DNA of 64,000 nucleotides from NCBI RefSeq assembly GCF_001194135.2, contig NC_068981.1, positions 40,317,108-40,381,107 of the forward strand, written 5' to 3'. Shown here piece by piece: positions 51,446 through 63,010 of the stretch (position 1 is the first letter of the stretch; each line of letters opens with the position of its first letter). The notes under the pieces are model-generated. The model was not told where the DNA came from. It saw only the letters and a program-made list of their open reading frames with translations, and made no database searches. The stretch comes from Octopus bimaculoides (Eukaryota). A program made the position numbers and the translations under genes.

Positions 51446-52421
51446 TGACTCGCATAATCGCATTTACCTGTTCCTATATCCAATGTTGTTTCATGTAATC
51501 TTAATAATATCTCATATAGTCGATTCCATTAACACCGTTCTATACTATATAATTACTTTATTGATCCGACAGGGTTCGGATGAAAAACAAGATCGTCACA
51601 GGTGGCGCTTCAATTCAGAATTTAGTTTAACTAAACTAAATGCTACAGGAGATTTAGTCCGATGCTTGACCATTCCAATAACACCGCTTTAATGTAATTC
51701 TCCCCATTTCTTTCAACACCACCCATTTATAAGAAAGAACTGTAATCGACTGAATTGAACCACATTATATCATAATCAACAATATTATACTCCTAGTAAT
51801 TATTTAATCGACCTCGAATATGGTAAACAGAGCAAAGTCAAACTTGAACTCAGTATGAGAAACGACTTAAACTAAATACCGTAAAATATTAGTCCAGCAT
51901 TGTAATCATTTCGACCACTTCACTGCCGCCCGTTTTTAACCTTCTTATTATGGTCAGTATAATTTTCTATTGATATTGACAGTGGCCAACATTCACATTA
52001 CTTAATCATATTTATTTCTACTCGTAAGTTAATATTTTTCAGTTTACGAATGAATGGAGAATTATTGAAACGGCTTTTGTTTCCTCATAGTCATATGATT
52101 CACTCATAGTAACCAAACACAAAAGAAAACTTTCGGAAAATAATAGGAAGATTGCGTGAATAGATATTCAACATGAAAGCAGCATATGAAATCGGCAAAG
52201 TACTACGAGAGCAGCTTCGTATGTTACATAAGATAGTCATTATAGAGATAGCAAAAGCGTAGTACTTAACTTTTTTCTAATTCTGAAGTTTAACATTGGA
52301 TTACTTTAATGTAATATGAATTTAAGTTGTGTAATGCACTTGCAAACATATGCTAAGTAAATGGTACATATATATAAATATATATATACACACACACAGA
52401 CATACATATATACATACATAT

Positions 52422-52798
52422 ATATTCTTTTACTTGTTTCCGTCATTAAGCCGTGGCCATGCTGGGGTACCACCTGGAGGAATTTTAGCCGAACGAATCA
52501 ACCACAGCACTAATTTTTTTTAAGCCTGGTACTTATTCTATCGATCTCTTATACCGAACTGCTTACATATATATATATATAATGGTTTCCTAAATTTGGT
52601 ATAAGGCTATTAATTTAGGGGTGGGGCAGTTAAGTCGATCACATGGACCCCAGTGCTCAACAGGTACTTATTTTATCGACTCTGAAAGGATGAAAGGCAA
52701 AGTCGACCTCGGTGGAATTTGAACTCGAAACGTAAAGACGTACGAAGTGCCGCTAACAGTTTTGCCCGACGTACTAATGATTCTGCCAGCTCGCCGCC
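52422..52798 (-). mobile_element. SINE family B 3' part (52422-52570) and SINE family A (52581-52798)
   Basis: ttcttttacttgtttccgtcatt...ggccatgctggggtaccacc; then ggtacttattttatcgac...ttctgccagctcgccgcc. Confidence 0.9.
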
Positions 52799-53815
52799 TT
52801 TTGTGTACATATAAATATGATTAATATTTTGAAAGACATACATCCAACATGACACGGCAACATAATAAATTTAAAATTTAAAACATAAATATACGAAATA
52901 TAAATATCAATATATATAAAAATCTGAATATAGATAAATATATGTGTGAATATATATGCGTATAAAAATTTATGCGTAATTAAGCATGAATATTGTAAAG
53001 TCTAAAATATAAAATATAAAGGAACCTAAAATTTAAAGAGTTAAATATCTTACGATCGTTTCGCGGATATTATTATAATCACAAAGTGATCTAAAGATCA
53101 TCTTATTATCAGTAATTCCGCTCTTCAGAGATGCATTAAGAACCAATAGTATATATATATAATATTAAAACATTAGAAATATTAAAAAAATAAAAATAAT
53201 AATAAAATATATACTGTCCTTTCTATAAATTGTCAAATTAATCCTTCTGAAATATCAAATTTCTGACCCGGAGTTCAATAGAGAGTTAGGGATGTTAGAT
53301 CCGAACAGGATCTGCGCTCTTTCAGACAAACAAAGCCTACATTTATTCGATCCATTCACATAAGGTATGGATTTCTCAATTACTTTCCATTTATGAATAC
53401 TCGCTGAGCCCTCCCACGCCATGCTCCTTTACACTCTGAGTGCAAATCCTGCCGATGTCAGCTTTGCCAATTATTTTTCCTGAATCAATAAAAGAAAAGG
53501 CCAGACACGTAGTATATTGGTGAGTTACATCGACTATCTATTCCACTCCCTTTGAATATATGACCAAATGCCTCTTTTAGAAATCAATATTAGAACACAT
53601 CGAATTTTGAAATCGTTTTGAATACTTACTTTCACACAGTTTTGCCTCTTATTTGTATTTTGATTTAACTTTGACACAAATGCATTACGGAGACCACTTT
53701 ATGATGCTAAGAAACACCAGTATACAATATATTCATTAGTGAATACTTTCGAATTAACAAAATACTTTTATAATTGAATATTTTCATTTTTAAATACTTT
53801 CTTTATTTATTTTAG

Positions 53816-54109
53816 ACCGATAAATGTTTCACAACTTTTTGCGTTGTTTCATTTCCAATTTTTCTCAGCCAATCATTCCTTATTTCATGTTGATCTTGAT
53901 TATGAAAATTCCAATCTTGATAATGATATTCAACCATTACAACAGTTTTGTTCAACTGTGGGTGCATGCGCCGTTGCAGAGCGTCGCTGTATCCACCATT
54001 TGTTGGTGTAATGGTACATGTAATGGTATATATTGGAGGTCGGCAGTTACCAGTTGTAACGGATGTTAATGTTGCAGATGTACAAAATGAAAGAACAGTG
54101 ATCGAAGTT
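53816..54109 (+). CDS. Candidate host-gene exon; possible coding part 53966-54109 encoding MRRCRASLYPPFVGVMVHVMVYIGGRQLPVVTDVNVADVQNERTVIEV
   Basis: Strong acceptor tttctttatttattttAG at 53815, donor GTAAGC at 54110, unique higher-complexity sequence. The ATG-to-donor frame is open for 48 codons (phase 0) with a basic then hydrophobic N-terminus. No homolog recognised. Confidence 0.35.
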
Positions 54110-54769
54110 GTAAGCAAACATTTATTTACCGTTACATATTGTTATAGCCAAACCACGACGGGCTGGTATGTATAATATAAGTCGTAAAGCATGCGAGGTA
54201 AAGAGAAGTATCGTAGATTTTCCTTGGATAGGTTTCTTTGTGATCTCGTCATTCTAGTAGCAGGGAAATGATAGATGGAGTGATGTTGTAGTAAAAAGAA
54301 AGTGAGCTAGTGAAAGTTAGAGAGTGAAGGAGAAGTTGTATGTATCATAGTGGCCGATTGCATTTCTTCTCCCTCTAGCCGTTAGTCTTTAGTGGTTCTC
54401 TGCCTGCAGCCATCTCTGATAGTCTCTGTTCACTAATTTTGGCTTACGGAGTTCTTGTATTTACAACTATATAAAACTAGTTAGGAAAATAAGTATATTG
54501 CAGAAAACAGAAGATATTCTTTGGTTGGGGGTCGACCTGTTATCTCAATTCCATTCTCCACCGCATACAAGAGGTTAAAATGGTCAAGTGGCAAAAACAT
54601 AAATCAGCTTAGCGAAGCCATATGTTAAATGTAAATGCAGTCACTATTATTTTTCAGTGAGAAAAGTGCTGTTGGAATGTTAAAAGAAATTGCCAGTTCG
54701 AATCTACTCTATGCCTAAATGGAGCCACTACATCGGTATTTGCTCATGCTGTCTTGGGCAGCCCTCTAT

Positions 54770-55625
54770 GTTGTGTCCCAATCAGTATCCATCTCTACAA
54801 GATAATTCCTCATACGCCGTGATCATGTAGAGAATTGGCCGGCCAACACGTGCCGTAATCCCATCCGCATCTTCAAAGAAGATAACACGACACACAAGAT
54901 CCAATTCAGAAAATCGAGTAGCATGACCAAATAGTTTGAGCTGACGACAGAGAATCATACAAGTAGAAGTACGCATCCCAATTTCTGAGTATGGTCGTTA
55001 GTTGGATACGAAATCCGACCAATGGTAACACGTAATCCTGCGAAGTATCCGGGTATCAAAGTACAGGTGGCGCCTAAGGGTCCCGGACAGAGTCCAAGTC
55101 TATAGAGCAAGACGAGCACGTCGTTGTCCACCGAGTCAAATGCCTTTTGAAGGTCGACATAAGTTGCAAGCAACTCCTACTGCCTACTGAAAACTCTTGT
55201 CAGTAGTTGACTTTTTTAGCGTGAACCCTGACTGCTCTGACTACTGATAAGCAAGCAGATGATTTTGCACTCTATTTAGTATAACCCTGGCAAAGAGAGG
55301 AGTGCATTTACTGGGCACTGAGAGGAGTGCAACAGCCCTGTAATTGTTGCAGTCGTGATGGTCACCTTTACATTTCAAGAGAGGGATAGTTACGCCCCTT
55401 TACCAGTCAGGCGGTATGACGCCACCGCTTCAGATTGAGCAAGTTATCTGTCACAAGAACAAGATTGCAGCAGGCCCACCATTATTGATCATCTCTCCGT
55501 GGATGTCACAAACACCAACTGCCTTCCTGCCCCTCAGCTGATTTATCATCCGTATGGACCTTGCTTCCGGACTACGGATCACAGCTGACTCGAAGATCGC
55601 TCACCAACGCTGAAAGCACCCGAAT
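54770..55625 (-). mobile_element. RTE-clade LINE remnant with multiple deletions
   Basis: GDHHDCNNYRAVALLSVP, EQSGFTLKKST, LATYVDLQKAFDSVD and QLKLFGHATR. Confidence 0.8.
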
Positions 55626-56689
55626 ACTGTTATGATTTTATATAATAACTTCCAATTTCTCAAACTATGTAATACCTATTTGTTGATGTTATGTTACTCT
55701 TGAAATTTGCAAGAAAAATGGGCATATTTGGAGAAGCCTCTGTAAGAATACTAATTTATCGAATCAGGATTTTTTTCGAAAACAAATTGCCTCATAATGC
55801 AATTAAAGTGAATCATAAAAATGCAACCGATAAAGATGGCGCCATGACCAACTGCAAAAGACGGTTGTTAAGGTGGTCGCAACAGCCATTCGGTCCAGTA
55901 AACACCACCCTGGGAAGGAAGCCATATCTCGCCTTAAAACTGGAAAGCAGTTCTTTTCACAGCCACAAAGCCTTGTCTTATATCCATAGCCCCACACTGG
56001 CAGATGAGAGTGGATCTTTTTAAACATTTAAAGTTCCCTTGGCACATCAAACCAATGATGCATCGCCAGACAAAGTCATCTTCTAAGATTCCACCAAGTA
56101 GTTAATCAAGCAGGATCTGACTGTCTCCTGGTTATAACTCATGACAATAGGCTTGCAAATTAAATATAATTCACCAGGGACGTATGAAATCTACTTATGG
56201 CGCAATATGCTATTCGACATTGACAGCGTACTAAGTGTCAAAATGTAAATGAACATTCGAAGAAATTCATCGTGTGAATGTTCTAGTTATTCCTTTAGCA
56301 CAACTACTTCCTCATTATTGCATTACAGTAAATGACTTTTTAACTTCAGAATTAATCAGATTGACACAATATAGCAAGGCCAGGCATTTGAATTACATAA
56401 ACAGTTTATTCTACAGGTTTCTACACGATTCCCCTTATCTCGATTGTCATCATATAGTTTGGGTCGATCTAGTGCTAAAATATGGAGCACTCGCATCAAT
56501 AAGAGTGTATCTAATAAGCATAGATGAAGTGATGGGACGGGCGGTTTTAGATGTGTTCTACAGAGTCAATTCTCGTACTTTAAAGGTTATGGATATTATA
56601 AAATTTCATTTAGCATGATACAACAAAACCATGCCTCTCCTTCACAACTAAATGATTTCCATCCGAGTAATACACCATCAAGTAAAAGC

Positions 56690-56915
56690 GCAAGGAGAAG
56701 TAGAGGTTTAGTGATTAGAGTTTGATCGTAAGATTTTGGTTTCGATCCTGGACCGGGCGATGCGTTATATTCTTGAGCCAAACACTTCATTTCACCTGGC
56801 TCCAATCCACACATATAGTAAAAACGAGGAAATCCTGGAACGAACAGATGTCTCGTCAAGGTGGGGAATATATACGCCATAGAAACTGGGAAAACGGCCC
56901 TATGCTACTTATGGA
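56690..56915 (+). mobile_element. SINE family C
   Basis: ggtttcgatcctggaccgggcgatgcgttatattcttgagccaaacacttcatttcac...gaaactgggaaaacggccctatg, homologous to 12917-13150. Confidence 0.8.
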
Positions 56916-56964
56916 GTAACGTGGACTAACACCATCAACGTATTATTGTAATATAGACAGAACT

Positions 56965-58306
56965 CTTTTCTTTATTCTCCATAGGGGTTATAAATGGAGA
57001 GAGGACGAAACAAGGACAGACAGACAAGGGGTCGGGGTTCGAATGAGAGTAACAGTGTGAGGATGAACGTGAAAAATTACAAAATTAAATATCGATGAAG
57101 TAAAATCATCGAATGCTTAACAAAGATGAAGTGGAGGACGTGGTCGACCCCGCCAAACACATTCTCACACTGAGACTTTATTTTACCTTTTATATTCCCG
57201 ATCAAACAGGTTCATTCACTCTCAATACACTTGCTACAAACTTCCATCTGTTTCGAAACACACTGTACAACAGGCATTTCTTCTCCAGCCTTATTTTTCT
57301 TTTCATGTAGAAAAGGAAAAGTTAACTAACCCAAGGCTGGAGATAAAAATGGCTATTACTATTCCTTTCACTCTCGTCTTCCATACTTCTTTCGCGATAG
57401 CTACTACCGAGAGAAAACAAGCCTGCTCTCCCCTATTCAAGGAAGGCGGTGGAACAATCTTAATTATAGATTCGGTCGACAGTTGTACTCTTCTCAGATG
57501 TGACAGCAGGTGTTCGACATCAGCCCAGAGTTTCAAAATCTTCGGACATTGTACAAGTGCGTGCAGAACAGTTTGACTGTCCTGCCTGCATCTTGGACAA
57601 GCTGGCGAGGACGAAGAACCATGCCTAAAGAGCTTATCTTGAACAAGTAAAGTACCTCTGTAACACTGTCATGCAAGAGACCTCTGTAGGTGTTCGACCC
57701 AGGATACGATGACGGTGATGTCATCTGCATACGCCGAAACTGACTTTTCGCACCCTACATCTCGCGGAGTGCCCCTCATAGCCTTTAACTTCCTCAGCAA
57801 TGGCTCGAGGGCCAAAACGTACAGAAGCGGGGAGAGGGGACACCCTTGACGCACCGATCGCTCAATGCAGAACGGTTCCGAAAAGAAACCGTTCACCCGA
57901 CCAATCGATTCGATGTCGCTATATAAAGCGGTGATCCACCCACGGAAAGTCGGGCCGAAACTAGCCGCTGCCTGTTCAACAGGCACATTTTTTTCTTTTG
58001 CCAGTACAACAGGCACATTTCTTTCATCCGCCTGTTCGACAGGCATATTTTCCCAACATATTTTCGTATGTCAAATTTTCTTCCGAAGACACTGGTGACA
58101 AATTCGTATTCAGGTGTGATTTTCCCCCTAGAAACAAGGCGGAAAGAGAAAACAGATCTGCTAGAAAGCAGAAAACAAAAGTGTTTTCACAAAAACACAA
58201 AACATAAATTTCCAAATATAGTAACAATAACAACAATTTTCAGCAATGGCCTTAACGGAGCAAACAATACACATCTGAAAACAGCAAAAGGCGGTTTCAA
58301 ACTCTG
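56965..58306 (-). mobile_element. Tx1/L1-clade mini-element (copy 3): putative 5' end, mid-RT, C-terminal domain and 3' UTR, bounded by a TSD
   Basis: TSD gtaatatagaca(g/a)aact (16/17 identical) at 56948-56964 and 58307-58323. RT motifs SVRQGCPLSPLLYVLALEPL and SAYADDITV, CCHC-like CPRC..QTVLHALVQC, 3' end ...cccctatggagaataaagaaaag. Confidence 0.9.
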
Positions 58307-58877
58307 GTAATATAGACAAAACTGAGCTGGTCTACACTGCTTAGGGCAAACGATTGAACAATTCTTTCCTTTGTTTTGTTTTCCTTGTTTTTATTCATGT
58401 TTATATTTTGTTTTGTTTTGTTTTGTTTTTTCCTGCTTTTGTTTTTCTTTTCCTTGTGAGAACCGGTTATTTTTTTTCACGACAAGTATTTTTGTCATAA
58501 ACATTTTCACTATAGGAAAATTATTTGCTGTATTTATTTTGTCCTAAACATTTTTGCTATAGGAATTCCCATCACGTATCTTTACAGTAATATTTTTAAA
58601 AGCAACAAAGATACTTTGTTTCATCTTACTGTTTAATTCGTAGTTTATTTGTTTCAGACAAAATACCTTGCTTGTCAAAGTATAAAAGAAAACAGTAACA
58701 GCGTAAGTTACTCAATATAACTTGTTTTAATTCTTCAGTTAGTTCACAATCTTTTCGTGGGAGGGGATTTATACTAATGATTTTATTGTTTTTCATTCTA
58801 CTTAGACAAACAAAATAATTGGTTTCTAGGGAAAAAATACGAATCAAACTAATTTCTGACAAGATACTTTTTCTAAA

Positions 58878-58913
58878 ATCTGAATGAATCTGACATGTCA
58901 GATTCGTTCAGAT
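58878..58913. repeat. 36-bp palindrome with one mismatch and no spacer
   Basis: atctgaatgaatctgaca-tgtcagattcgttcagat. Confidence 0.92.
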
Positions 58914-59848
58914 GTTTTGAAATGTATTTGAGAGTTTATATGCAGCTGTGTATGTCTGAATATTTGTCTATTTATGTGTAAGCAATCGTGTATGGGCATT
59001 ATTGTGGTTTTGCACGTATGGGATCTTTCTGATTTGGTGGGCACCATTTTTTATTTATGTTTTATTTAGTGTGTTTTCTCAATAACACGAGTAAAAATAA
59101 CAAGAGTAAAAGATGTTTTATATGACACATGCTACCAGTGTCCCAAGTTTGAAAGTGTTTCGTTAAGAAAACAAGTAGTGCCCGCCAAATCAGAAAGATC
59201 CCACGTATGTTCCTACCCCAGCTTCTGCCGCTTAACATCCGACCCATAATATTTTAATCTACATCTATTTTTGTAACTTTATATGTGAATCTTCGATGTA
59301 TATCTCCAAATCCCCTTCTTGGCTACATCCATCGTAGGTGTACATCTATATATATATAGTGCTTTAGGGTATTTTTACTTCCTTGATATCCACTTCCATC
59401 AGCTACTTCAATCTGTCATCATAGCTTTATCTCTATATGAAGTTATTTGATGTATTGTAAGTGTCTACCTTCCTCACTTTTTTTTTATTCATCTCACTTC
59501 CTTAGCTTCTCATTTTCTTGATTAGTTATACCTTACAGTACTAAATCAATCTTTTACTCAGTTTTTTGCCTCGCTTCTTTCATTTTCACATGAAGAGTAA
59601 GGGCCACGAAAAATTTATATTCTACATTCAATGATTTTGATTTTACCGACGCAATTTTCAAATAATCCAAGAAACCATTTGCAAATTGTCACAATAAGAA
59701 ACAGGTTATGGTAAAATGTCAAACTTCTTTAAACAAAACTAATTAAACGAACAGAAGCACTGCTTTTTATGTTTCATTATTAGGAAACTAAATTTAGTTA
59801 AAATTTCAACGATATTGGAGATTAACGTACCAAACTGATTACGAAATG

Positions 59849-59935
59849 TTTTCATAATAGAATATTTTCGTTCTTTAAATACATTGATTATATTTTCATA
59901 ATAGAATACTTTCGTTCTTTAAATACGTTGATTAA
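59849..59935. repeat. 44-bp tandem duplication
   Basis: ttttcataatagaata(t/c)tttcgttctttaaatac(a/g)ttgatta occurs twice. Confidence 0.92.
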
Positions 59936-60423
59936 TATTCAATACATAACTCTCTTAAATATAAATGTATATAGTTATCATACGAATTTGACAATTATAT
60001 TATGAACCAATGTAGAAATTTTGTAAATCCTGGTAACTTTCATGGACACGACAAGGTATTGAGTTCTTTTATATTATACCAATAAAAAAACTTCAATCGG
60101 ATGAATGTTACATCACAAGAGTTATTTGATAGTTACTTGAAAGAATTTAAGTGTGGTGGCACAGTAACACATAATAAGCATGATGGTAGCAGAGTATTTG
60201 AAAGCGTCCATATTGCTATACATAATACATTCTTTAATTATTTACTTTTATCGTCGATTTCCTGATCTTAAAATAAAAGTATAATACATATTTCATTTTA
60301 TAATATAAAACTAATTTGTCCTTTATACCCATCGATTTTCTGTTTTACGGATAGACAATTTTAAAACTTAATTTCAAATATATTCATCGCTATAAGACAA
60401 CGGACACAGTAGATATGCTTATA

Positions 60424-60633
60424 CAGGGTGTTCATAAATTCATCACAGCTTCCACAATTTATTATACTGTATTATCTAGATGTGCTGCGTGCAACCAATA
60501 GAGCCTATATGGAAGTGTTCTGATGTTTCTAATAAAACTTTATTTCCCAATAAACTGTGCTGAATTATTCGTATTTTTCACTTTTTTTGTTTTCTAAATT
60601 TTTCGAATTTAAAGGTAATTTATGGACACCTTG
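60424..60633. mobile_element. Tc1/mariner-type MITE
   Basis: TA-flanked TIRs cagggtgttcataaatt and caaggtgtccataaatt (2 mismatches); 210 bp, non-coding. Confidence 0.8.
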
Positions 60634-62550
60634 TATTTAATGAACATATACGAAAACTATTCAGAGTCCAAACGTATTAGATAATGAAAGCGCTTCGCCA
60701 TTAATTCAGTACGCTTATATACATTATCGATATTTTTAAGGGCTTGCCGATATTTTACCATCGAATTCATATTCTTTGATAGAGAGCCGATGGCTTAAAT
60801 TTTGACAACTCAACGAACCAGATCATAAAATTGTGACTGCTATTATTGAGTGAAAGTGATTTATAGATCGATGTGATTATTAGTTGTGAAACTATGGACC
60901 CACATGTAGGATTAATATATACAAATATCTCTGGTGTGTAATCTTCATCAAAAAGTAAAACCTCTTCTCCAAAGCTGAAGGGGTGTTATGACTATTAGAT
61001 TCATATATTAACATGTTTCTTAGATTTTTAGAGGTCTTGGATATGAACATGTATATTATAGTTTTCCAGGGAAGAATATGCATATTTATGGCTAAATTAA
61101 GAGACTAAAATGTCTTTAAAATGTCACTTCGCTCATCCCTAATGAAACGTCGTGATCTCCGAGCAAGCATCCTAGCTACAACCTTACTCTATACGTAGTT
61201 ACCAAAACTCATTTCCATCACTGACGAGAATATTTCAGATTAAAACTAAGCATGCTATAACAATTTAATCTGTTATTCAAACCCAGTATATCTACATCAT
61301 TCAATGGGTCTTTTTTTTTTTTTTGGAGACGATAAAGTGCAGTTTAAGAGAGACTTAGCTCATTGAAAAACCAGATAGAAACCTCGTTTCTGTGATAGCT
61401 GTGTTCATTATGTATTGATGGCATATGACGAGCATGCATTGCAACAATTGCGTCATGGTTTTCTTCTTATAATTACCATTTTATGATGCATTCTTAATAC
61501 TTCTGAGTGTTTATCATAAAATATATATCCACTTGCATATATTAACCAGGTCTCATATCCATAATTAGAAAGTGTTATCAGTGTAAGTAAATTTTCATTT
61601 TCAAGTTGATGAGCAATACTGAACTTCTCAATCATAAATACATCCGTTAATCTGTGTAATGTTTATAACAATAAAACTTTAATAGGCAAAACGATATTGC
61701 CTATGTAAACACGCTCGAGGAGATATCCATGTAAAACAACAGCAGCACCTACATACAACACGAGCAGCAACAGTTAAGCGAAAAAACACAAAAATGTAGA
61801 AACATAATTAAAAAAAAATGATTTTTTTATTTCGGGTTGTTTATAAAATATGTAGAAAAACATTTTGCTTTTGGAAGATATTCAATTAATACAAAAATAC
61901 CTACGGTGTTTGTGTTCAATTTCTTCAGACAATTTTTTTTTGTATATTTTTCTTTAATGCTATCAAATAAATCATTTATCATAGTACTTGCTATTACAAG
62001 AGAAATTTAGAGCCAGAAAATGTGCTATTTGAAGATCAATCGTGACTTGGTTCTGTCAGCATTTGTAATATCGACTATAAGTTTCTTGAGCTAAAATCAA
62101 CAGTACTTTTGTATTTAGATAAGCACTCGCTTGCATAGTTTGGTGTTAACTCAGAAAAATGGAAATTTATAGACATTGCTAAGCGGAGCAATTTATAAAT
62201 TAACTTGAAATGATGAATGTTTGTTGTAAATGGCAAGGGTCTATAATAAAATTTAAGAAGCTTATTGAGAGGGTAGATCACTAATTTAATTGTATTGATT
62301 TGTTTAGCTTTTGTCCCTCTCGTTCAAATTAAAAATCTTCCTTAGGATTTCGTTTTATTTTTCATCCTTCCACAATCGATAAAGTTTATGTCTAAAACGA
62401 TTCACTCGACTCATTCACACAGAAATTGGCATTGAGCTTTCGAAAATAGCACAAGTTAAAAAAAGAGAAACTGATACGTGCTGAATTGTAAGAGAGAATA
62501 GTAAGTGAACTTAGATTGTTGCCAGCCGTTTTGGATCACCATTTGAAGAA

Positions 62551-62764
62551 ATATTCTTTTCTACTATAGGCAGAAGGCCTGAAATTTGAAGGAGGGAGAT
62601 AGTCGATTTCATTATCCCCAGTGCGTAACTGGTACTTATTTTATCAACCCCGAAAGGATGAAAGGCAAAGTCGACCTCGGCGGAATTTGAACTCAGAACG
62701 TAGTGACGGCGAAATACCGCTAAGCATTTCGTCCAGCGTGCTAACGATTCAACCAGCTCGCCGC
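62551..62764 (-). mobile_element. SINE family A, type-2 tail
   Basis: Near-consensus body; tail atttcaggccttctgcctatagtagaaaagaatatt. Confidence 0.93.
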
Positions 62765-62799
62765 TTTAAGAAATATTCCTTCATCTACCGACGCCACAA

Positions 62800-63010
62800 A
62801 TGGAGACCTCTATACAGTGGTTCTATCTATTTGAAATAGCGGCTAAATCTCCTTCAAATGATACCCTGCTATCTTTAAAATAGACATTGAAGACTGCAAT
62901 CTTATATGCAATATATCTACTAAAAAGACAGGGTATTCATGGTAAAAGGTCTTTTATCATACTTTTTCTCTGACAGGGTTGATCCGGGAGTTAAACAACA
63001 ACAACAACAA
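62800..63010 (+). mobile_element. Family D SINE-like remnant
   Basis: gaaatagcggctaaatctccttcaaatgataccctg...gggagttaaacaacaacaac. Confidence 0.6.

Noticed and set aside
53990-54090. Cystine-knot-like CNGTC and CCRC pattern in the 53824 frame
   Set aside because: Interrupted by a stop codon and lacking the upstream cysteines of a CTCK domain.
55691-56023. 110-aa ORF with a YY1-like AAGATGGCGCC motif
   Set aside because: TTG-initiated, no recognisable domain, no convincing splice sites; a single motif is insufficient.
59270-59600. Possible RTE 3' remnant on the minus strand
   Set aside because: Only vague motif similarity with many frameshifts.
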